This document shows, piece by piece, positions 1 to 12,000 of a DNA stretch of 28,232 nt. This DNA is from a virus (lineage: Duplodnaviria > Caudoviricetes): positions 1-28,232 of the IMG/VR virus record IMGVR_UViG_3300038674_000278; one strand, given 5' to 3'. Both the position numbers and the translations under genes were made by a program. The notes under the pieces were generated by a model. It saw only the letters and a list, made by a program, of their open reading frames with translations. It made no database searches and was not told where the DNA came from. Position 1 is the stretch's first letter. Each line of letters begins with the position of its first letter.

Positions 1-2
1 TT

Positions 3-3000
3 GACGGTTTTGATAAGCTGTTGACGATAGGCGGGCATGAGGCCACGAAGTTTATCGCAGACGCATGGGAATGGTATGGAGCAGGTAAGGTAGGTGGTGC
101 CATTACCAGCGGTGTACGTAACAAGGCCATTAAGGGGCTGGCCACGGACCTTGTTGAAAGAGGCATCCAGGCAGATGTTGCCAAAGGTATTGCGCAGCGT
201 GTATTCGAGCAGCAAGCGCGCTCTATCGGGACCAAAGCCGCACTGGCTTCTGTTGGCGGTGCCGGTACACTTGGCGCACAAGCCGCATTTAGTTCCGGTT
301 TGCGTACCGCCACCAGCCATGTAGGTGACGTTATTGCCAGTCAGCAGCAGCGTGAGGCAGAGGGCGAAAAGTTGTCAGCTGAAGACAAACAGAAGGAGAT
401 AGCAGCTGCCGACAAAGAGCGACACAGCATTACCAATATCCTTACGACCGCTGCTACCAGTGGCCTCAGTGGTGCCGGGATGGGTGCCACCTTTGGTTTG
501 GGTAGTTACGTCGGCAGCAAATTGGGCAAGCTCGCAAGCAACTACATGGGCGATGTCAGCTCATGGGCCGTTGAGCAGGCCGGACGCCTTACTACTAATT
601 CGGCCGCTGCCGTAGCTTATGACCGAGCAGCAGGGACTATAACGGGCCAGGAGCCCGAAGAGAGTGCCGCTGACTCGTTCGCAAGCAACCTCGTTACCTT
701 TGGTCTTCTTGATCTCATTGGCGCAGGCAAGTCTACCCTGTTTAATAGTTTGAGAACCGGCAAGGGCTTTCATCCTATTGCCGATTACCGTGCCTGGAAG
801 GAGCACGAGCGACGGACCGGTATCACGGAGGAAGATCAACAGCGGATGGAAGACGCCGGTTACGGTGACATGCTCGATACCGTCAACAGCTTGGTGAGTG
901 AGCGTTTCAGACGAGGCAGTACCGACGTACCGGCAGAATGGAAACCCACCGACGACGCAAAGGCCAGCCGGGTAAATGATGGTATGATAAAGATGCTTGG
1001 TGATGACCGCCTGCCCGAAGAGCTCAAACGCAAATACTATGAGCTTGTTACTGGCGACACCGGTAAAAAACTGTCTCCCATTGTAGCTACAGAAGTAACC
1101 GAAGACGAGGAAGGTAATTCCTATTTGGTGACTTACAACAAGAACGGCGGTGTTGTGAGTGACCGCAAGTATCGCAATGCGAACGAGGCAGCCAAGGCAC
1201 AGACGGCTATTGGCCATGAGGTTGACGAAAATATGACGTCAGCCCTCCAAGATGGTGTATTGGCCAAGAACGCCGATGCACTCTTAGAGTCTGCCTATCA
1301 GCGTGCCGCCGAAGCGTACAAGAACAGTGAAGGCAATATATCGGACACGGATAAAGTGATGTTGGCACTTTACCAACACCGTGAACCGCTTGCCAACGCC
1401 ATCAAGGCTCAGGCATCAGGGGAGCCGCTTACAGCCGCCGATCAGTCTTTGTTAGACATGTATCTTCGGGTTAAGGATAGCATCTATTCGCATGATCCCG
1501 TGCTCAATGATATACGCCATACGACCGAGGATGCTTTTGGCCTTGGCCGCAATGGTCTGAGTGATGCCCGGAAGGGACATGACCGCAAAGCAGCCGAAGA
1601 CATGGCTAAGGAAGCAGGTGAGGAAGTTGTACATGTGGGTGGTGACGTGTACCGCACTGCATCAGAGCAGGCGGCAGTTGAAGACTACCGCCAGCGCCTG
1701 TGGGACTACCTTAACGACGTGAGAGACGGTGAGGCTACAGAAGTACGTGAGCCTAAACTGCTCGAAGTTAATGCCCAGGCACCTGAAGAAGCCCCAGCCA
1801 CTCCTGCCACTCCTGGGCCAACAGGCGGCAGTGGAGCACCCGAAGGAATTCAGGAAGGTGGCGAAGGAGCCTCGACACCAGGCACAGGAAGTCAACCAGC
1901 AGGCCGAAGAGCACAGGCGTATGATCGTGGTAAGCGTGTATCTGAAGACGAGGCTTCACTGGAACAGATGCAGTATGAGACCGACCTTGCCAAGAGAAGA
2001 TTTACACAAGCCTTCCCCGACGGCAACAACAGCGCCGCTAAGCAGGCCAGCGCAATCTATTCACTTGTTAATGCCGGTGAGTTCGATAAAGCCGAGGAGC
2101 TATACAATTCTCAGAAAGATAGTTTTGCCCCTGCCCAGCAGAGTGCTGTTGAGTCACTGATTGACGCAGCCTCTATGCAGGACGGGATAGAGGACAGCAT
2201 TACTGAGCAGAGCATGGAATACCAGCAGCAACGTATGCAGGAGCTTTCAGCAGTAGCTGACGAGCAGGGTAATATTACGCCTATTGTTCTCGACGAAGGT
2301 AGAACCGTCTTTTACAAAGCGGGGGATCTTAACAATGTCTATGGCGGTATCATCATCACAAATGAGAATGGGCAGCAGGAGCAGGTACCGGTACGTTCGG
2401 TAAAGCAGGTAGGTGAGACTCAAAGAGCCGCCGACATGGTTAGTGCAGAGACCGATCAGTTTGCCAATGATTTGCGTAGCCGTTACGATGATATGCGCGA
2501 CGGCAGAGTCGTTGTGCCTGGCCAGCAGCTCACCATCAGCTTTGGCAATCAGACCTTCAATGTAACCGTAGACCATGAGCAGGCGGACGGCAGCATCGTT
2601 CTCACTTCGGAAGATGGCAGCCCTATCGCTTTAACGCCAAACGATATAGCAACAGGAGTTGCTAATGCAAGAAGCCAGCGAATAGAGCAGGCTCTTGCCG
2701 AGGATAATTTAGCCATGCAGCAAAAGGCACTCGTGGATAGGTTTAACAATGGTATTGTAGGACTTAAAGAAGGGAAGCCTGATTTCTCGGCTAAGGAGTC
2801 AGATCCCAAAGTTGTAGCTGAGTATTACCATACCTATGGTGATAGCTTCAACCTCTACGAAATTACAAATACAATCTCTAACCTCAAAGCACGAGAAGAT
2901 CAGGCACGTAGAGAGCTTGACAGGCAATCAACTTGGATGGAACTCAACGGTGACAACTATGCACCAGAGGTAAAGGCACAGAAGGAACAGATCATTGCCG

Positions 3001-6000
3001 AGGCGCGCAAAACCATTGCCGATGCAGAGAGCCGCAGACGCAAATGGGGAGAGATACGTAATGCGTACATGACCGAGGAGCAACGGAAAGCGTTCCAAGC
3101 TGAGCGTACCGCAAATGTTAACAAGGCAAAGGATAAGGTAAAATCTTCTCCCCTATCATCTATAGCGGTTGACGGTATAAGCGATAAGGATTTGCTCGAC
3201 AACAATGCCACACAGAACGACGCCAGCACTTATTTGGACGATCGTGCACGTGAGATCATTAAGGATTTCGACGAGTCAACAGGGAGCGAAATGAGCAATC
3301 TACGCCGGCAGTTGTCTGACTATGTATCTGGATATACAGAATACAGTGAGTCAGAACTTACCGACATTATGAAACAGTTGCGCGAGGCCGAGGCTAAAGA
3401 AGTGCAGGTGCAAGACCAAGTTAGGCAGATCCGTAATAGAGCCAAGAGGCTACCACTCATTTACGCTGAGCGGAACAAAGAAGCCTTGGAGTCGATGTCA
3501 GCAGCCGAACGCAGACGTGCTATCATTTCGCGCGCAAAAGGTTATGACGCTCTTGTTAAGGCTGCCGACGAAGCCTACAAGGATAGCGATATGTATGGTC
3601 GCCTTCATGACACAGAGCCCGAAACCATCGAGGAATATGTAGCCAGCAGCCTGCCATACGGCCAGCTCAATTTCGAAGGTACAAAAATGGCCAGAGGCAC
3701 TATGTCTAATGGTCTACAGCAAGAGACTGGTTTGAGTCGTGGCATAGGCCGAGGTTTTGACAGCAATGGCATCAACAAATATTTAGCGCCCAAGGGTAAA
3801 GGTATCAGCGTTGCGCAAATGGCTGAAAAGATATGGGGAGATAGGCCTTCTCTGTTTGAGAATTATACCGACGCAGATATTCGTAATATCATTCTTGAGT
3901 TACTTGGTTCAGCTCAAAAAGCAACTGACATTAGTCATATGATACTTTTGCACCGTATTGCGGAGGTTGAGGCTTATGAGCGTGCCAGAGAAGAAGCAGA
4001 ACGTGCGGAGATTGAAGAAGAGGCAGCCCGTAGGCAGGCCGACCTATTGACATATCAAGACTATTTGGACAATACGGCAGAAGATATTACGTTAACAGAA
4101 GAGATTAGTGACTATATCGCCGGAGTCATAGCTGATGAGCTATATGAACGCGAACAGCAGCGCTTAACCTACATGGACGCGCTATCACAGTTGTTATCAG
4201 AAGATGAAGAACTAATTAATAGCTACACAAATGGAGAAGAAGGACTTGGAGCGCCTGGATCGGGCACAGAAATGGATCAAGAGTCTGGACGCAGAAGCGT
4301 TCAAGAAGGAACTGGCGAAGGCCAAGCGCTTGTGCCAGGAAAAGAAGCTGGTCAGCCCGATTTCAGTGGAACGTATCATGCAGAGGGTACCAGAGATTGG
4401 ACAGCAGGCGGCGAATCTAAGGATCGCCATTCTGATGCTGACGGAAGCGTACATCTGGATGGAAGAACACAAGGACTAAAGAGAGATAGACAAGAGGTAG
4501 ACCTTCACCCAACCGAAGCCCAGAAAGAAGCCGGCAACTACAAAAAAGGTCATATCAAGATAGATAGTTATGATGTAACCATTGAGAACCCTAAAGGTTC
4601 AACCAGAACAGGTAAAGACGCCAACGGTGAAGAGTGGTCGGTGCCCATGAATTATGATTATGGTTATATTCGTGGAACCAAAGGTGTAGACGGCGATCAT
4701 ATTGACGTATATCTAAGCGATGAACCCACATCGGGTAACGTCTATGTCGTAGACCAGATTGACCAGCAGACCGGTGAATTTGATGAGCACAAAGTGATGT
4801 ACGGCTTCCCATCAATGGAAGCTGCACGTGAGGCTTATGCGTCTCAATATAAAGATGGCTGGAAGATTGGGACTATCACTGAGGTGAGCCGTTGGGAGTT
4901 TAAGAAGTGGGTGGATAGCTCTACCCGCAAGACGAAGCCGTTTAGTGAGTACAAGAGTGTAAAGGCTGAGCCCCGCCATGATATGACGGGGAACGGAACC
5001 GAGGGTGCGAAGACTGACTACCAGGGTAATCCATTGAATGAAGATGGAAGCTTGAAGGTGGAAAAGCTCTTATCAGTTGACGAGATTACTGATGAAGATT
5101 TATCCAAACCTACTCGGAGTGTTGAACTACCAACTTTGCCTAAGAATGTGGATAAGGCTATAGGTGCAAATGGTAAACCGGTCATCATCAAGAAGAATAT
5201 CTTTGAGAAGAATTGGATGCACCACAAATTTCCATTTGAGGAAAGCCGCACTATTTTAAAATCAGCGTTGTATAATACTGATTTGGTAGGTCAGACTCAG
5301 CCTTCAAAAAAGCCTATGCACTGGGTTGCGATAAAACTTGATGATAAGAGTCCTATCGTAATACTGGAAGTAAATGAGGGTAAGGATAATACAGAAATTG
5401 TTGACTGGTACACTCTTGATGCCAGAAATCTTGAAAGAATAAAAAGACAAGCTGTTAAGAACGGCGGCGAACTCGTTATTTTATCCTCAAAGGATAAGGT
5501 GGGAAGCCTTTCCACTCCTCTTACTAACTTGTCTTCTGTTGGCAAAGATACGAAAGAAAACGTTGATTTGCAAGAGAATAAGGATAATTCTTATGAGACG
5601 AATCGTAATGTGTTGCAGCAGCCCCGCCATGATATGACGGGGGACGGAACCCATGAGGAAGAGCAAGAGGATGTTATCACTCATACGCCTGTCGGTCAGC
5701 CGTTACGCAAGGCCACACAGGAGGATTTAGAGACTTCTTCAAGGGTGTGGTATGACGGTAAGTTTCACCGCATCATGTTGCTCATTCATTCTGGAGAACA
5801 GGTGAATGCCATTTCATTTAGCAAGCCAGAAATAACGAGTGTAATATTTCAAGATGGCGCCGAGGTAAGTGGTAATAGCATCAACGATCTGTACGTAGTG
5901 GACGAGAAGAGAGAAGAACCATCAGAGCAAGCGCCTGTTGATTTGTCTATTCTTGGGCCCATTACTACCAAGACCATCAAGAACGGAGAGACGCGCTGGA

Positions 6001-9000
6001 TGGTAAAGCCAACTGAACGAGTTGACCATGATGTATATCTGAAGTATAACGATTGGGCAAAGAAGTTTGGAGGTTTCTATGCCAGCAAGTTCAAAGGCTA
6101 TCTGTTTAAGACCGAGGATGACGCCCGTAGCTTCAAAAGACAGACACCTTCTAAGGCAGAAGTAGAGAAGGAACCTGTTGCCGATGTCAAACCAAAGCAA
6201 GACGCAACCGACACCTTGCTCGATGTAGTAGACCAACGAAAGGGACAGGGTGAAGAACAGCCACAGCCATATTATGACTATGACCGTGAGGACGATGTAA
6301 CCAGTAAAGTCCTTGCGGAGCTTCGCGACGTGCTTGCAAAGGGCAATGGCATACCCAATATTAAGGCTATTGAAAGCCAGATACGCGACCTAAAGAAGCG
6401 CGTCAAGGTAGTAGAGGACGGTCTAAGTATAGCCAGCGGTGACACGGTGGTCAAAGGTTTTGAAACCCTTGCTACACTTAACGGCCGTCTAAATGCTTAT
6501 GAGCAATTCTTGGGTGAACTTCGCACCAGGATGAAAGAAACAGAGCGTGACGATGCTCTTGCTGCTCATGGTTTGCAATTAGGCGACAAAGTAAAGTATT
6601 ACGACGAAGAAGGTACCATCGTAGACGCCGACGAACGTCAGGTAAGACTTGACACCGGTCATGCTCCAGTGTTATATGTGGTTGCAGATTGGGATAAGAT
6701 TGAACTGCCCAAGGCTAAGCAGGAAAAGCCCGAAGACGCAACAGATGCCTTGCTTGACGAGGTGGCCAAGCGTAAGGGGCAGACTAAAGAAGGTGCAAAA
6801 AAAGCCGGTGGAAATTTGGAACCGACTTCAAAATCAACTATATTTGAGGGACAAGAAAATCAATTAGAGAACTATGGCAGCAATGACACAGCAGCAGCTG
6901 GAAGCCCTGAAGGAACAAGCCAGCAAAATAGGCCGTTGGGCGGAATATTACCTAACGGAGATAGAGTATTGGAATCCCCTTCAACTTCCGGAAATAACGG
7001 AGGAGAAACTTCGGGAGAAGGAACAGGAATGCCGGGACTGGCTCAGCGAGAACCAGGCGTATTACCCGGATTCGGGAGCGACGGAACAGCTTCGGTCGGA
7101 TCTGACGGAAGAAGTGAAGGCGAACCCGTGGGCACTGGACGACGACGTAGCGTCGGAAATGGAAAGTCACAGACTGGACGGCGCACCAATCGAAGAACTA
7201 CTGCAGGATCTGGAGTTGCAGAAGGAGGAGGGAGTGTACCCAATGAGGGAGGACAACCTGGATCTGAACGAGATCATCGAGAAGGCAATCACGGGTCAAG
7301 AACTTCTGCCAGCAGAACGCGAGTACCTGGAGAACCATCTACCGTCGGAACTCCTTCGCGGCCTGTAGACTCAGATACCCGTCTTGACAACGGGACCAAG
7401 AAAGACGCCAACGAGCGTAATACGCCGCTTAACACACGCAACTATCTGTACCCAGAGAACGGTGCAGATATTGATAATATGTCAGAGTCTGAACGTCTCA
7501 AAGCAAATGTTGAGGCTTTGGAGATCCTTGTTAAGCTCATTCGTGAACGCCGCGTAGCCACAGAAGAAGAGCGTGCTATTATAGGCATGTTCAGAGGCTG
7601 GGGCGGTATAGATATTAAGAGCTATCATAATGCTGAACAGCTAAAGGACGCCACCAGATGGAGTTCAAGACTTGGCGCTTCACCTTCAGATGATTACAAG
7701 AGAAGATTAGGTGAGGTTATACTATCGTTGGATCCTGACGGCAAGAAAGACTTGTTCAGCAGTATTAAGCAGGCTGCCCTCACTTCTTATTATACTCCAT
7801 TGCCTATTGCTGCCGCCATCAACCATTTTCTTGATGCTTCGGGCTATCATGGCGGTGGCACCATGCTTGACCCCAGTATGGGAACCGGTGTATTTGAAGG
7901 TACCATGCCCAAAGACATGCAGCAGCGCACCCGTATCTACGGCATAGAATTAGACTGGCTTACCGCACAGCTTGCCAAGCAGCTTTACCCAGATGCCAAT
8001 ATACAGAATGTTGGGTATCAAGACGCTCAGCTTGCTAAAGGTTCCTTTGATGTTGTTGAGAGCAACATCCCATTTGGGGCGTTCAAGGTGTATGACAGTT
8101 CTTGGAGGCATGACAGCAGTCCGGCCAAGAAAGCAGCCCAGGGTAAGATACATACTTATTTCGCGCTGAAGATGATGGAAAGCGCTAAGCCCGGAGGCCT
8201 CGTTACTATTATGACGAGTAACAGTATCATGGATACGAAAGGTAACGCTATCATCCGCAATGAGCTGTTGGATCAGGCTGAATTCCTTGGCGCATTACGT
8301 CTGCCGGACAACACCTTCAAGGGTGCGGGTACGAGAGTAGTTACTGATGTAATCTTCCTACGCAAGTATAAGGACGAGTCGGACCGCGAAACGACCATGC
8401 GTAACGAAGATTACCAGGCCAGGACAAAGCAATTTACTACCATCACCACGGTTAAAGCTCAAAACTCTCAGGGCAACCGTGAACTTGATGTTCCTGTAAA
8501 CGCCTATTTTAAGGAGCACCCAGAAATGATGTTGGGTAAAGTCGTTGCCGGTGGTCAGTATCGTGAGGACGATTTCGGACTTGTCAGCGACGAAAACGCC
8601 CAGGAACTTGCCAACAAGATGATCGCGAATATCGACAATTATATTGTCGGTGATCGCAAGGGCCGCCTATACGATACCCATAAGACCGAGCGCCAGATAT
8701 ATCAAGCTATTCGCGAGGCTTATGTCGGCAATGGTGATTACGCTAATAGCGGTAATATTGTAGAGCAGAATGGAAAGATAGGCGTACTTAGTAAGAACGG
8801 AAATTCGAGTGAATTGATTTTCGAAGAAGATCCCAACTTGAACAAGAATGCCGCACGTATTCGTCTTATGATACCTATCCGCACAGCGATGAAGAAACTC
8901 ATTGCTGCTCAGATTAACCGAGAAAGTGACGATACTATTGCAGGTTATCGTAAGGAGCTCAACGACGCTTATCGTGCTTTCGTGGACAAGTTTGACATTC

Positions 9001-12000
9001 TGAATGCGAAAGCGAACAACTTCATCGACAGCGATATTGATAGCTACCAGATCAAGAGCCTGGAAGATTACGATCCCGTGACCAAGAAGGTTAAGAGACT
9101 TGCTGACATCTTTACCAAAGACACCATCAAGCCGCAGCTTGATATTACCAAGATCAATGATCCGGTAGGAGCAATTACTACGAGCCTTGCCGAATATGGT
9201 GATATACGCCCCAGCTTTATGGAGAAGGCGCTTGGTGAAGACTGGGCAAACCTTTGCGGCAGTGCTTTGTTCCAGGTGCCCTTCAGCGAAAACTATGTTG
9301 TTTCTGAAGATTACCTGAGCGGGGACGTAAAGAGTAAGCTTATTGACGCCAAACGAGCCGCTGAGGCTGATCCAAAGTACAAGGTCAATGTTGAGGCTCT
9401 TGAAAAAGTACAACCGCGAGATATACCTATCAATGACATCAATATCCGCATGGGTGCACGTTGGGTTCCGGATAAGGTATATAATGACTTTATGCGGTAT
9501 GCTTTCGGTATTCCCGAGAGATATAACGCGAATAGCGGTATCAGATACGTACCTGAAGCCGACGATTATGTTATCAATGTAGATAACGTTGAGTTGAGCG
9601 GTGAGGCCGACAAGTGGCGAACCGACCGCAAGAGTGTCCGTGAGATCTTTGAGGCAGCCATGAAGGATAAGTCCCTCCAGGTATTTGACCGCGTAGACTC
9701 CGGAACGCAGGTACTACTTAACCGGGAAGAGACCCAGCTTGCGAATGATAAAGTACAGGAACTCAGAGAAACCTTTGAAACATGGGTAGCCAGCGACCCT
9801 GAACGCGGTGCCGACTTGGAGAAACTGTATAATGAGAAATTCAACAGAACCGTTCCGCGTAAGTGGAATGGTGATTTCCTGAACCCTGTAGGCCTACAGG
9901 GTAAGACATTACGCCCGCATCAGAAGGCTGCTGTTTGGATGTTAATGAACAACCAGGGAGGTATTGTAGACCATATCGTAGGTGCCGGCAAAACCCTTGT
10001 TATGCAAAGCGCTATCATGGAGATGAGGCGTACCGGCATAGCCAAGAAACCTATGATCCTTGCGCTCAAAGCAACCGTTGGTCAGATCGCCAAGGAGTTT
10101 TCGGAAGCCTATCCAGCTGCGCGACTTCTTGCACCTACCGAAAAGGACTTCTCAGAGAAGAACCGCAAGAAACTTTTGGCCAAGATTGCCAATAACGACT
10201 ATGACTGTGTTATCATCAGCCACGAGCAGTATGTTAAATTGCCCCATACGGAAGAAGTAGAGTCAATGACTTTCCGCGAGCAGTTTGATCAGCTTGAAGT
10301 TGCAATCTTGTTATTGAGGCAGAGCAATGATACCAGCCAGCTTACAAAGCGCCAGCTTAAAGGGCTTCAAAAAAGAAAGGCCAATCTTGAAGCCAATCTA
10401 AAGAAGATTTCTGACCGAGCTGTAGACCCTGAGTTTACATTTGAGAACCTTGGTATAGACTACATCTTCGTAGACGAGTGCCAGATGTTCAAGAGCCTGC
10501 CGTATGCTACAACTTACAACCAGGTTGCAGGCTTGGGCAATCCAACAGGAAGTGAGAAAGCTGTTGCATTACTTAATGGTATCAGATACTTACAGCAGTT
10601 GCACCAGGGCGATCGTGGTACGGTATTCCTTAGTGGCACAACCATCACCAATAGCCTTGTCGAAGTATATAACCTCCTGAACTATCTGCGTCCTAACATG
10701 ATGAAGAAGTTAGGTTATACCACCTTCGACGCATGGGCCGCCCAATATGCGGTAAGGACCAGTGAGCTGGAGTACGGCGTAAGCAACCAGCTTAAAGAGA
10801 AGAACCGTTTCAGATACTTCCAGAACGTTGCAGAGCTTGGCAAGTTATATTCGGAGATTGCTGATGTACGTAACGACGCCAACTTGAAACTGCCCAAGCC
10901 TGAGCCCAGGACACATCTTGTTGCCATTGAACCAAGTGACAAACTTAGTGAGATCAACAGCCAGATTACTCACATGATCCAGGCCAAAGACGCCAGCTAT
11001 TTCCCCGACGTCAAGCAAAGTGACGATCCGAAGAAAACTCCTTGGAGCCTCATGGCTTCGACACTGTCTACCAAGGCCAGTGTAAGCCCGCGTTTGATTT
11101 TCCCTGATCTTCCTGATGAAGAGCATGGTAAAATTGCAGTAGCCTGCAAAAATGTTATCGACATTTATAAGAAGTTCGACAAGGAGAAGGGCACGCAGCT
11201 TATTTTCTGTGATACAGGTGTTGCAGCAGCAGGCAAGCCGTATGACGCTTATAGTGACATCATTAACCGCTTGGTTGAGGCTGGAATACCAAGGAAAGAG
11301 ATTGTTGACATCCATGTTGCCAATACAGATGACAAGCGTAAGGCACTTTTCAAGAAGGTGCTCGAAGGAAGTGTGCGTGTCTTGATAGGTGGCACAAAAA
11401 ACATGGGTACAGGCGTGAACGTACAAACCAGACTCGTAGCACTGCATCATATTGACATACCCTGGCAACCGGCTGACGTAGAGCAGCGCAATGGCCGTGG
11501 TGTACGTCAAGGTAACGAACTGGCCAAGAACTCAAATGACAACAAGGTAGAGCTATTTTACTATGCTGTCAAGGGTAGTCTTGATATGTACCGTTATCAG
11601 CTTCAAGACATCAAGGGAAAGATGTTTACCCAGTTCAAGCTCAACACTATTGACTCAGACTCTGCCCGTGAGTTTGACGAAGGAGAGATAGATGCCGACG
11701 GCAACATTGACCCCGCTCAGATGGTAGCAATACTTAGCGGAAATCCTGTCATCTTCGAGAAGAGCAAACAAGACAAACTCGTGAAGAAGCTTATGCGTCA
11801 GCAGTCTGCAGAGCTTAGCGACTGGCAGCGCCGCAAACGCAACTATGAGCATTATGAAACCCGCAAGAGTGAAATGTCTGTATTCATCGAGAAGAACAAT
11901 GCTGACATCAAGAAGATCAAGGAGAACGGTTTTGTTGAAGACGATAAAGGTCAGTATCCATCTTCGTATAAGATTGTGATGGACGACGGAACCACATTGC

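Noticed and set aside
21-23. TTG start for the giant ORF
   Set aside because: The frame is open to the window edge and there is no leader or promoter; the gene probably starts upstream.
1729-2160. 143-aa +1-frame ORF over a P/G/A-rich linker
   Set aside because: GTG start without an A-rich leader or promoter; it extends well into structured host sequence and its composition is not protein-like.
4969-5651. 32-bp palindromic repeats as a CRISPR array or IS ends
   Set aside because: There are only two copies, 651 bp apart, direct and in frame within a CDS; no cas or transposase gene is present.
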